From a virus (Duplodnaviria; Caudoviricetes): a stretch of 64,000 nt of DNA. The notes under the pieces were generated by a model. The model worked only from the letters and a program-made list of their open reading frames with translations. It ran no database searches and had not been told where the DNA came from. The stretch spans positions 1,934 through 65,933 of the IMG/VR virus record IMGVR_UViG_3300021288_000002; one strand, 5' to 3'. Every line of letters starts with the position of its first letter. Positions within the stretch are counted from its first letter, which is position 1. Of the stretch, positions 9,987-19,025 are shown in pieces. The position numbers were made by a program, and so were the translations under genes.

Positions 9987-10565
9987 TTATTGAATGCTGG
10001 TGATTTTGAAAGTAGGATAATCACTATCCATAACTTCAACTTGCTCAATGCTAACTCTTTTACCTTCAATGAATTCTGCAACATTTTTCAAGTTAATTTT
10101 CTTAATAATGTTAATTTCATCACCGGTTTTAGGGTCAATGAGACTTTTAGGGTCAACAACCATCATAATACCAGTTACGAAATTCCAGCAGTTACGGTGG
10201 AAGTCAAATCTTTCATTTGGTTTTTGAATACGTGTACAAATACCATTGTCTGAAAATTTAGGACAGTTTAAGTAAATGTCTAAGAATTCTCCAACTTCAA
10301 CTTCATCATCAACCATTTTAGGTTCAGCATGTTCATCAATTAAACGTACTCTGATTTGACTGTAGTTTTTAACTACTTCTTTACCAGTGTTGTCTACTTT
10401 TTTGACTACTGGGAAAAATTCAACATCGGCTTCACCGCTGAATGATTGTCCTTCTACCATGTCAGATAAGTAGTAACGTTTGTAGTCTTCTAAGTTATTT
10501 TCTTCTGTTCCAGTTTCCATTCCAAATAATTTATTTAAATCAGTTTTTGCCATAAATTTCACCAT
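9987..10565 (-). CDS. hypothetical protein (possible ssDNA-binding protein)
   Basis: Acidic, beta-rich, lies between SSAP-like and helicase-like genes; function inferred from synteny only. Confidence 0.35.
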   Translation of the reverse strand: MVKFMAKTDLNKLFGMETGTEENNLEDYKRYYLSDMVEGQSFSGEADVEFFPVVKKVDNTGKEVVKNYSQIRVRLIDEHAEPKMVDDEVEVGEFLDIYLNCPKFSDNGICTRIQKPNERFDFHRNCWNFVTGIMMVVDPKSLIDPKTGDEINIIKKINLKNVAEFIEGKRVSIEQVEVMDSDYPTFKITSIQ

Positions 10566-10600
10566 TATTATTTTAATTAAAAAAAATTTAATAGGAGGAT

Positions 10601-11365
10601 TTAATGTCCTCCAGTCATGCTTTCAGGCATTTCTTCATAAGGTGTTGAAGAGTAGCCAGCTAATTCCATGATCCATGCAAGTGATAGTCTGAAGGCCTTT
10701 CCAGTTGCCCTTGTGATTGCCATACTATATACTGCATGCTCTTCTTTTTGCCTACCACTACTGGTTGCGATTGCTTGACCTTCACCAACTTTTACACCAC
10801 GACCATCGATTAACTCAACTTTGGCAAGGTAACCAAAACGGGCTTTAGTTGGGAATGGTTCCACACTTACAATTTCAACACGTATACCAATCATTGTTCC
10901 AAGAGTGGACCAACCACTAACAGTAACATAATCATTTTCACCAATACGCTGAATCAAATGTTGAGATTCAAGTACTGATTTTAATGCATCGGCTACACGA
11001 GTAGCAATAACCACACGGTTAGCTACACTAATCATTGGATTTAATACATCAGCATCAATCAATTGACTAGGCTGATTATTAACTTGCACTAATTCTCCAT
11101 TCTCATCAAGATTATTCTTTACATGTTCTTCAATGCTATCATCAATGACAGCTTCAAAGATTTCCTCATCAGAAGGATCATGTTCGGTGATTACTTCAAC
11201 TTTTGCCCCACCAGTCTCACTAAAATCAATTGTATCTTTATGCAATTGTTTTTCCTCTTTAACTTCTTCGACAATGATTTCATTGTCAGATTTTTCATCT
11301 ACAGTAAAATCACCCACATCTTCAAGGGTGTTTTGTATAGTTGTTGGTTCTTCTCCCATACCCAT
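10601..11365 (-). CDS. putative single-strand annealing/recombination protein with acidic N-terminus
   Basis: YVTVSGW...SMAITRATGKAFR...GYSSTPYEEM resembles Rad52/Erf-like phage annealases. Confidence 0.5.
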   Translation of the reverse strand: MGMGEEPTTIQNTLEDVGDFTVDEKSDNEIIVEEVKEEKQLHKDTIDFSETGGAKVEVITEHDPSDEEIFEAVIDDSIEEHVKNNLDENGELVQVNNQPSQLIDADVLNPMISVANRVVIATRVADALKSVLESQHLIQRIGENDYVTVSGWSTLGTMIGIRVEIVSVEPFPTKARFGYLAKVELIDGRGVKVGEGQAIATSSGRQKEEHAVYSMAITRATGKAFRLSLAWIMELAGYSSTPYEEMPESMTGGH

Positions 11366-11368
11366 GAT

Positions 11369-11713
11369 TTATTCCTCCATTAAAATTTCTTCTTCACGAA
11401 TCAAAGGAGTTTCAGACTCCAAGATTTGATAACAATAAAATTCAAGTACAATTCCTTGCGGTAACTCTTCCACATCATTAGGTAATCTTTTACCTTTGAG
11501 ATGAGCTACCAGCAATACATCATTTGGTCTTAAACTAATATGTTCAGGATTATATTCTACTCCAAGAATCTTTGCAAGATTCTCTTGATTGATGCAGGAA
11601 TGAGCGTCATAACATAAGAATTTAAATTCTTCTTCAGTTATTTTATGACAGCGCATATCCCATTCATTAATTGATACCATATTTGGGGACCATGAAGTTC
11701 CTATAAATTTCAT
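11369..11713 (-). CDS. DUF1874 (STIV B116 / AcrIII-1)-like protein, divergent active site
   Basis: SWSPNM ~ AFSxNM; KITEEEF; LGVEYN; DVLLVAHLKGKRLPNDVEELPQG ~ GDxxxVxQxxGxRLPEGxxxLPEG; GH replaced by NQ. Confidence 0.6.
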   Translation of the reverse strand: MKFIGTSWSPNMVSINEWDMRCHKITEEEFKFLCYDAHSCINQENLAKILGVEYNPEHISLRPNDVLLVAHLKGKRLPNDVEELPQGIVLEFYCYQILESETPLIREEEILMEE

Positions 11714-11719
11714 AAAAAT

Positions 11720-11917
11720 TCACCATCCTATAACTTGATCCATAACAAGTTTCTCTTCACCTTTGAGATTAGCAGTTTTTGCTGCTAATCTTTCATCAAA
11801 GGTTAAACCATCTAATGGTTTTCCGTTTTCGTCAAGTTCTTGGTTACTGTCCCAACAACTGACGATTAGTTCGGTCATGTTATCACATGCCTTTTTAAAT
11901 TCACTCATATTAATCAC
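11720..11917 (-). CDS. hypothetical protein
   Basis: ORF in operon. Confidence 0.5.
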   Translation of the reverse strand: MINMSEFKKACDNMTELIVSCWDSNQELDENGKPLDGLTFDERLAAKTANLKGEEKLVMDQVIGW

Positions 11918-11941
11918 TCAAAATTTATAAAATTATTAAAA

Positions 11942-12211
11942 TTATACTATCTTGTCCATATGATTATAGACAAGACCAGAGTCCACCGCAGATGGACCAA
12001 TAGATAATACTGCAACTACTACTAAAACAATAAACATTGCTAAAAGAAATACTGCTATGCAGAAACCATAATATCTTTTTACAAAACAGTCTATTGTTCT
12101 AATATGATCTTCTCTTGTTGGTTTCTTTCTGAGGTCATGAACTGGTTGTACAGTTCTTGCACCTACAAGTAACACAATTAGCATTTGAATTAATTGGAAT
12201 ATTGGGTTCAT
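11942..12211 (-). CDS. small membrane protein
   Basis: Two hydrophobic segments. Confidence 0.55.
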   Translation of the reverse strand: MNPIFQLIQMLIVLLVGARTVQPVHDLRKKPTREDHIRTIDCFVKRYYGFCIAVFLLAMFIVLVVVAVLSIGPSAVDSGLVYNHMDKIV

Positions 12212-12393
12212 ACTTCCACCTCTTTACTATAATCCATCATTATAAGATGGCCTGATACAGATTTGCATAATGCAAAGTCTCCATTATCTGCATTGTTACA
12301 GAAGTTATTCTGCTTTTTTGCAGCTTCAATTCCTCTGTCTGTTTTCACAAAAACATGTGATTCTTCTGTTCTGACAATTGGTAACCATTTCAT
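12208..12393 (-). CDS. hypothetical protein
   Basis: Coupled ORF. Confidence 0.5.
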   Translation of the reverse strand: MKWLPIVRTEESHVFVKTDRGIEAAKKQNNFCNNADNGDFALCKSVSGHLIMMDYSKEVEV

Positions 12394-12397
12394 AAAA

Positions 12398-12901
12398 CTA
12401 CCACCCTACCTGAGGATTACTTCTAATGAGTTCTAGGTTTTCTTCAAAATCAGTCATGTTATCCAGTAGCCCAGGACATATTAGTACTGCTTCAGTTAAA
12501 CTTATGGTTGACAGGGAATGTGATTGTAAAAACGCGATTTGGTTTTTATCGGACATTCCTTGTAGGAATTTGTAGACTTTAACTTTGGCTTCGTGTCTTG
12601 GGAGTTCACCATCACGGATTGCTTCTAATTTACTGACTTCCCAGTGGAGTTTGCTGATTTTTTCTTCGGTTTTGAAGAATTCATCTTTGATGTCAGCTAT
12701 TCGTGGGTCATCGAAGTTGACTTGATCTATTATCCATAATGGATATGATGAGATGGTGTCTCTTACTCGGTATCCTATTTCAGCTGCTAGATGGTCTCTC
12801 TTGTGTTTTAATGCGCGGAGTGTTGCTTTTTTTTCTTCTAGCTCTGAGGTTTTTGGAGTGCTACCGGTTTCCATTTCAAAAAGAGTATTGATGGAGGACA
12901 T
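12398..12901 (-). CDS. hypothetical coiled-coil protein
   Basis: ORF with GGAGG RBS. Confidence 0.55.
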   Translation of the reverse strand: MSSINTLFEMETGSTPKTSELEEKKATLRALKHKRDHLAAEIGYRVRDTISSYPLWIIDQVNFDDPRIADIKDEFFKTEEKISKLHWEVSKLEAIRDGELPRHEAKVKVYKFLQGMSDKNQIAFLQSHSLSTISLTEAVLICPGLLDNMTDFEENLELIRSNPQVGW

Positions 12902-12904
12902 ATT

Positions 12905-13018
12905 TTATTCCTCCTCTCCAATATGCATGTTGACGTTGAGTCTTACGATGATGTCATCGCAGATGCAATGGTCGACTAACTCTTTGTCTATGCAGTTACG
13001 ACAAGCAATGCAGTTCAT
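12905..13018 (-). CDS. 37-aa Cys-rich microprotein (not in ORF track)
   Basis: MNCIACRNCIDKELVDHCICDDIIVRLNVNMHIGEEE; fills the gap between neighbours. Confidence 0.5.
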   Translation of the reverse strand: MNCIACRNCIDKELVDHCICDDIIVRLNVNMHIGEEE

Positions 13019-13019
13019 G

Positions 13020-13436
13020 TTATTCATCCTCCATGTAACTGCCCATTGCATTTACGGTTTCTGCTTCATATTCTTCACTTGCAGATTCTGCTGCTAAGAA
13101 TTCACGTAATTCCTTGTCGATTGGTTCCATGGTGTAACCAATGAAATGTATATTATCGTCAAAGAGTTTTGTGACTTTCATGCCTGCGAGTTCAGCCAAC
13201 ATTGCCATGAATGTTTCATTATCGGCTTCATAATTGTCAGGTTTCACAGGTACGCACAGTCTGCTGAATCCTGCATATGAATCTTCAATGTCGATTGGTG
13301 CATTGCTTACTTTTCTTGCAGCTTTGATTGCATCTGGTATTTCGTATGCTGCACCGATGGTTTGATCGTGTTGGTCAACTACATGAAACTTGCTGTCGTT
13401 TTTGAATTTTAAAAATAGTTTGGTTGGTGCTGCCAT
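13020..13436 (-). CDS. hypothetical protein
   Basis: TAATG-coupled to the upstream small ORF. Confidence 0.6.
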   Translation of the reverse strand: MAAPTKLFLKFKNDSKFHVVDQHDQTIGAAYEIPDAIKAARKVSNAPIDIEDSYAGFSRLCVPVKPDNYEADNETFMAMLAELAGMKVTKLFDDNIHFIGYTMEPIDKELREFLAAESASEEYEAETVNAMGSYMEDE

Positions 13437-13573
13437 TATGCATCACCACCTTTTCCAAAAGTAGCTTTTGTTTCGTCATATTTGATTGCTTTGTCGAAGA
13501 TTTCAAGTAATCTTTCTTCGTTACCTATACAAAAGTCGTCTATGAATAATTTCTGATCTCTTATTTCTAACAT
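13436..13573 (-). CDS. 45-aa protein, first gene of the leftward early operon (not in ORF track)
   Basis: MLEIRDQKLFIDDFCIGNEERLLEIFDKAIKYDETKATFGKGGDA; GGAG RBS. Confidence 0.55.
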   Translation of the reverse strand: MLEIRDQKLFIDDFCIGNEERLLEIFDKAIKYDETKATFGKGGDA

Positions 13574-13796
13574 CGCTTTCACGACTCCATTTTTTTTGTG
13601 AAGTACTGTTTTTCATGTCCGCCAAAACATGAAGTTTTGTACTTCTTGATTAAACATTGGTTTTTGCTATATATAAAGTTTACTATATTATCTTAAAATC
13701 TTAAAATATTATTATAATCAATATAATTAACTTTAAATAATGTTACTAACAAATATAACACATAGATATTACTAAAAATAAGAAAGGAGGAATCTT

Positions 13797-13937
13797 ATGA
13801 CCACAGTAAGAATGGTATTTGATATAGATGAAGATTTACGAACTGAAATCAACATCATTGCAAAGAGACAGAAAACAACTGTCAAAGCTATCATGAACCA
13901 ACTTGTTGAAGATTATGTTCGTGAAAATAAGGAGTAA
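13797..13937 (+). CDS. ribbon-helix-helix DNA-binding protein (46 aa; not in ORF track)
   Basis: AGGAGG RBS; MTTVRMVFDIDEDLRTEINIIAKRQKTTVKAIMNQLVEDYVRENKE; divergent from the early operon. Confidence 0.75.
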   Translation: MTTVRMVFDIDEDLRTEINIIAKRQKTTVKAIMNQLVEDYVRENKE

Positions 13938-13975
13938 AAAATTACAATTATTATATTTTTTTACAAAATTAAAAC

Positions 13976-14018
13976 AGGTTTAAATTAGCGATAGCATTCG
14001 CTAATATTATTTAAACCT
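13976..14018 (+). terminator. long hairpin downstream of the RHH gene
   Basis: AGGTTTAAAT/ATTTAAACCT enclosing TAGCGA/TCGCTA. Confidence 0.4.
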
Positions 14019-14110
14019 CGCATTTCATCTGCGACTATTTTAAATTTATCTAAATTTGATTTAACAAATAAAGATAAACTTAAATAGTATTTTAACCATA
14101 TATAATAAAT

Positions 14111-14212
14111 GGTTACAAAGATACTTTCACGACTCCAAGTGACTATTTTTAGTAACCAGCAATAGAAGTAAGTGATGATGTGCCAACATCAAATGAACTT
14201 ACTTTATATTGC
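14111..14212 (+). ncRNA. candidate two-hairpin sRNA with anti-RBS loop and K-turn
   Basis: BRE/TATA-like AAAGATAAAC-TTAAATA (TATA-like part at 14080-14086); hairpin 1 GGTTAC..GTAACC with loop GACTCCAA; hairpin 2 AAGTAAGT-GA-TGATGT/ACATCA-AAT-GA-ACTTACTT is a canonical kink-turn geometry. Confidence 0.5.
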
Positions 14213-14570
14213 AAATGCTACAATTATAATATCTATTTTTTCAAATATTTATAATCTTGTTTTACAATATATTTTTCATGGATTCTATTGTAAAATTTCA
14301 CCACTGGTGAATGGTGATCTATTTCCTGAGAGATGATTTCATTAGTGGTTAATAATAAATTAGTCAAATGAATATATAAACATTTCTATTTAATTAAATT
14401 AAACAATATTCAATAAATTTTAGTATAAAATAGTTAATTGTCTACCGAAAATCGAAAAAACACATGGCTTATGGATACAAAAAATCCACAAAAAAATAGT
14501 GAAATGTATAAAAAAAAAATTACAAAAAATAATGCAAAAAAATAAAGAAAAAATGAAAATGAAAAACTAA

Positions 14571-15668
14571 TCATTCCATCTCCAAATACTCATTTACAAC
14601 ACTTAAAATACGTTCCTTATAATTATAAAGCTCAGAAACATTTTCAATATCTACTTTCTCACCTTTCTTACCACCATTTGAAGTTAAAGTGATTTCATCA
14701 TAAAATTCAACACGAAGATGATCTTCATTATTGAAATAGAATCTCACTATTGGGAAACGCTGATTATTATCATACAAAATATTGCAATAATGTTTCCTGT
14801 CACGAATTGCTACTTTGTCAGGGTCCAATATTTCAGAAGCAATGGACCTAACAATAAAGTAACCTTCCTTCTCAATATCAGTAGTAATAATACCATCTTC
14901 AGAAATTATTTCCTCTTCAGCTTCAATATTATTATTGTCTTCCTGCTCTTCTTCATTACTTGCTACTGCATTGGCTAATGTTTTGTTAACTCTTTCATTA
15001 ATGATTTCATTAATTGCAATGCTAATAATATTTCCGAACTTTTCTTTTATTCCAGGAGTTAGTTTTCCATCATAAACTTGACGTCCAATTGCTTTGACAA
15101 ACTCATCGGTGGGTTGTTCAAATTCAGATATTAATGTTTTTTTGATGAGGTTACGATATTTGAGATTGTCTGCTCTGGAAACAACTTCATCAATGTCAAA
15201 ATTAACTTTCTTGAATTTTTCAAGTTCTTTCATATCTTTTTTAGTTAAGTTTAACAGATCAATGTCGAGGAATGGTTTTTCATCCATTCTGTTGTTGTCT
15301 TCTCCGGTTGTGAAGAATTTGTATTCTACCCCATTTGTGAGAATTCCTATTTGGATGTCTGTTATGCTGAAGTATCTGTACAATTGTGAGATGTTGTCTG
15401 TGGTTAATTCATTGGATGCGGATTTGCATTCTATGAATATTGTTGGTTCTCCGTCTTGGATGATTGCAAAGTCTACTTTTTCTCCTTGTTTTGTTCCTAC
15501 GTCTGCGGTGTATTCTGCTTTTACTTCTGCGGGATTTGTTGTATCATAACCCATTAATCGTAAAAATGGAGTTATTAATGCGATTTTACTTGTTTCTTCA
15601 CTGTCTATGTGTTCCAGTTTGTTGGGAATTGTTTTTGAGAATTCTTTTATTTCATCTTCAAAAGTCAT
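14571..15668 (-). CDS. type I restriction enzyme HsdR N-terminal (PD-(D/E)xK) domain protein
   Basis: EETSK...PFLRLMGYD...EY...KVDFAI...IECK...LTNG.EYKFF; no helicase domain. Confidence 0.75.
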   Translation of the reverse strand: MTFEDEIKEFSKTIPNKLEHIDSEETSKIALITPFLRLMGYDTTNPAEVKAEYTADVGTKQGEKVDFAIIQDGEPTIFIECKSASNELTTDNISQLYRYFSITDIQIGILTNGVEYKFFTTGEDNNRMDEKPFLDIDLLNLTKKDMKELEKFKKVNFDIDEVVSRADNLKYRNLIKKTLISEFEQPTDEFVKAIGRQVYDGKLTPGIKEKFGNIISIAINEIINERVNKTLANAVASNEEEQEDNNNIEAEEEIISEDGIITTDIEKEGYFIVRSIASEILDPDKVAIRDRKHYCNILYDNNQRFPIVRFYFNNEDHLRVEFYDEITLTSNGGKKGEKVDIENVSELYNYKERILSVVNEYLEME

Positions 15669-15855
15669 AGTTTCACTCCATGAATTTTTTTTATTGTATC
15701 AGTATTTATTATGTTTATTGTTTGTGGGTATAAATAGTTAATAGAATTTTCTATTGGATGTGATGCTGTATTGTTGTTGAATAGAATAATATTATTTATT
15801 ATAAAAAAAGTATTACTGTATTTTTGAAAAAAAATAATAGAAGAAAAAAATAACA

Positions 15856-16668
15856 CTATTTCTTCTTAACAACAATTTTAGATGACTTCTTAATAAAATA
15901 CTTACTATTAGCACTACTAATCTTAACTTTATGAGTACCAACTTTCAAGGATTTTGTACTTAACTTCACAACACCTTTTTTGTTAGTAGTTACCTTATAT
16001 GTCTTAACCTTTTTACCAGTCCAAACCTTAACTTTCAATTTCAAACCTTTCACTAATTTCTTACCATTTTTCACAGTAATCTTGAAAAACTTCTTTGCCT
16101 TGAATTTTACCTTAACCACAGGTGCCTTCACAGCAGGTTTGATAATCTTTGAGGTCCCACTACTTGAAGTTGATGGATTTTTTGATTGTATAGTAATCTG
16201 AGTATACTTACTAGTTGTACTATCACCAAACACATCAATTTCAACACCATGCACACCAACAGGAATAATAGGACTATTAATCTTAACTGTACCAACACCA
16301 TTACTGTCAGTTGTACCATAATATGAACCAATGAAATCTTCACCAGATTGATAACCAATAATCACTTGAAAATCAACCCCACTAATAGGTTGATTATTAT
16401 TATGAACCTTAAAAGTATACTCATATTCCTGAGTAGTATACTCTTTAGTAACTGGATCAACAACAATAGTATTCTCACCAGTACCAATTACCTCAGATTC
16501 ACTTTCACTTATTACATTATCCTCCGCTACAGATAATACATTATCATCAACATCTTGACTAGCCACAACATCATCTGTAATATTTTCGTTTGCAGTAACT
16601 TGACAAATGCCCAATGTTAAAATAAACAACGATAAAATTAACAATAATATCTTCTTATCATGTTTCAT
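15856..16668 (-). CDS. secreted adhesin-like protein
   Basis: Signal peptide, acidic linker, Ig-like segment, Lys-rich C-terminal domain (FKITVKNGKK...VWTGKKVKTY..TNKKG...LKVGTHKV) typical of Methanobrevibacter adhesin-like proteins. Confidence 0.7.
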   Translation of the reverse strand: MKHDKKILLLILSLFILTLGICQVTANENITDDVVASQDVDDNVLSVAEDNVISESESEVIGTGENTIVVDPVTKEYTTQEYEYTFKVHNNNQPISGVDFQVIIGYQSGEDFIGSYYGTTDSNGVGTVKINSPIIPVGVHGVEIDVFGDSTTSKYTQITIQSKNPSTSSSGTSKIIKPAVKAPVVKVKFKAKKFFKITVKNGKKLVKGLKLKVKVWTGKKVKTYKVTTNKKGVVKLSTKSLKVGTHKVKISSANSKYFIKKSSKIVVKKK

Positions 16669-16748
16669 TTTTAATCACCACTAATATACTATTTTGGTGA
16701 AGATATTATATTAAATTTATTCTATAAAAACATTAAAAAAAAGGGGTA

Positions 16749-17040
16749 GTTTAACCCGGAAAATAGGGTATTTTTTAAATAATTTTTTTCTTTTTATTTA
16801 AATTAAAAGGATTTAATTATTTCTTCCCTCAATTATCATGTGATTTTCTAAAAATTGTGGATACAATATTATATTAATTCATATTTTTATAAAGAGTGAA
16901 ACTTTATGCTTTTTTAGATAAAACACAAAATAATCCATCTCTGAGTATAAAGAAGAGCTGTTGTAAGGAAAAAATATTATTTTTAATAAAATAAAAAAAA
17001 TAAAATATTTTTATTTAACATCTTCTTTTCCGGGTTAAAC
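16749..17040. repeat. perfect 15-bp inverted repeat pair; candidate integrase arm sites / attP
   Basis: GTTTAACCCGGAAAA at 16749-16763 and TTTTCCGGGTTAAAC at 17026-17040, just 3' of the integrase. Confidence 0.6.
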
Positions 17041-17083
17041 ATTAATTTTATAATTCATTTTATTGTATTGTAACAAACAAAAT

Positions 17084-18463
17084 TTATTTTTCACTAATCT
17101 TTTCAAGAATACTATTACGAGTAATTGGTTTGTCATCTATCTCATCCAATCTTTTTTCAATGACATTCATACGAGATTCCATTTCCACAACTTCAGCGTC
17201 TTTTTCTTCGATTTGTTTTTCGAGCATGTTAATCTTTGCTTCCATCTCTCTGCGGACATCTGAAGTGTAAACTTTTACATCAGTATTTTCCAAACTTAAG
17301 TCAGGAATGGCAGCCATATATGCTTCTTTAATTTCCTTAACATCCAATCGAATGTAACTATCATCTGTTCTTAATGGGGATGTATGACCCTCAAGGATAG
17401 CACATATCCGAATGTTCCCACAATTCCGAGCGATTTGAGTGCTGAAGAATTTTCGGAGAGAATGAGCGTGAAATTTCGGTATTTTTTCAACTTCATTGTC
17501 AAAGTCCTCTTCCGCCAATTCACCATTGTTGATTTTCTCCTTGATGATGTTGATTCGATGTTCCCTCAACTTTTTGTTTTTCTTGTTGAAGAGATCGGAT
17601 ATGGTGTGTGTTGTTATCTGTCCTTTGAAATTTTTCCTCTGATTTCCAAACAATGCATCTTCTTTCGATAGTTCAAGTCCATATTGGGGCAGGTATTCGT
17701 TTTTGATTCTCCTTAAATTTTGCAAAATCAAGTTCGATGCCTCTCCATCTATAAATGTAATGCATTCTAAATCATATCTTTGGGTCTTGCTTGGATTAAA
17801 TTGCAATGTGCATATCATATCTGATGAGGCATTGTCAATGAATTCATTTACTGACACGAAATTATGATAATCTGATGTGCCTTTGATGAAGTCCCCAATG
17901 CTAAGGTCAAGAGCATCTTTGATTCTCAAACCGGATGCTCTCAAAGTGCTGATGAGGGATTGATGGGTCAATGTTGAATCTTGCATCACGAACCGAATGT
18001 CCTCTTTGGTGAGTGGATGCCATTGTTGTTTGTCTGCAGGTAACCTTTTCCAGTTAGGCAGCTCCACATGGTAATGTTGCAGGAAGATTGAAATCAAATC
18101 TAAGTTGTTGTTGATTGTGTTGTTACTGTTGCCTTTCTCCTTGCAATATTGAATGTGATTGTCGATGAATTGGCTAATGTATGAATCTGGTTTGTTGACA
18201 TCAAATTCAATGACTTCTTTTTCAATGATTTCCTCATTCTCATTATTGGTGGTTTTGATGATTTTTTCAATGACACGATTTTGTTCGGATTTGCAACGCT
18301 CAACTATCTCCGACAATTCAAGATCATTAGCAACTGAAAATTTCATCAATGCATATTTGTAATTTTCGTAACTTGCATCCGAGAGTGCAGGTCGGCTTCG
18401 GATGAAGTTGGTGAATAGTTTGTCTTCTGTTATGTGATAGTTTTTCATAGTAGAACCTCTCAA
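17084..18463 (-). CDS. tyrosine recombinase/integrase (canonical catalytic residues)
   Basis: SGLRIKD (R), SKT (K), HSLR (HxxR), LEGH, SY (Y). Confidence 0.9.
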   Translation of the reverse strand: MRGSTMKNYHITEDKLFTNFIRSRPALSDASYENYKYALMKFSVANDLELSEIVERCKSEQNRVIEKIIKTTNNENEEIIEKEVIEFDVNKPDSYISQFIDNHIQYCKEKGNSNNTINNNLDLISIFLQHYHVELPNWKRLPADKQQWHPLTKEDIRFVMQDSTLTHQSLISTLRASGLRIKDALDLSIGDFIKGTSDYHNFVSVNEFIDNASSDMICTLQFNPSKTQRYDLECITFIDGEASNLILQNLRRIKNEYLPQYGLELSKEDALFGNQRKNFKGQITTHTISDLFNKKNKKLREHRINIIKEKINNGELAEEDFDNEVEKIPKFHAHSLRKFFSTQIARNCGNIRICAILEGHTSPLRTDDSYIRLDVKEIKEAYMAAIPDLSLENTDVKVYTSDVRREMEAKINMLEKQIEEKDAEVVEMESRMNVIEKRLDEIDDKPITRNSILEKISEK

Positions 18464-18647
18464 TATATTATATATTGGAGCATTTATTTTAATTTTTTCA
18501 TAATGTTCGGTTAAAATAAGACATTTGGTGTGTTAATGTTTTTGTTCAACCGTACATTAGAAAAGAAAATAATACAATATAAAATGATTAGAATAACCAG
18601 CTCATAAACACTAAAAATAAATGTTCGCAACTATCAAAACGAACAAA

Positions 18648-18845
18648 TTATTTCAATAAAACCTTCTTATTTTCAACATCAATTTCAACAGTACCTGGTG
18701 AAATTTCAACATTCAAATTCTTAACCAGGACATCAAAATCATCAGGCACATTTTCAAGTAAGCATTTCAAGGTTTCCACATTCATAAATAATAATATGAA
18801 TAAACTATTATAAAAAAAGAGTATATAAAAAGTCACAGTCATCAT
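18648..18845 (-). CDS. small hypothetical protein (likely start ~18784, MNVETL)
   Basis: ORF track; plausible composition in the C-terminal 45 aa. Confidence 0.4.
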   Translation of the reverse strand: MMTVTFYILFFYNSLFILLFMNVETLKCLLENVPDDFDVLVKNLNVEISPGTVEIDVENKKVLLK

Positions 18846-19025
18846 TCACCCTACAAAGGAAAACATCCGAAAAAGACATTATTGTTAACCATCACCAAAT
18901 TACAAAAAAAGAATAATGTCCAAAAAAAGATAGTATCCTTTATTAAAATAACTGTGACTTCAATTAATATATTGATAACTACTAGTATAATACTCTTATG
19001 AGAGAGCATTTGGAAAGTAATATGT

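Noticed and set aside
18510-18523. GTTAAAATAAGAC resembling the start of Methanobacteriales CRISPR repeats
   Set aside because: Single 13-nt partial match with no second repeat or spacer; no CRISPR array supported.
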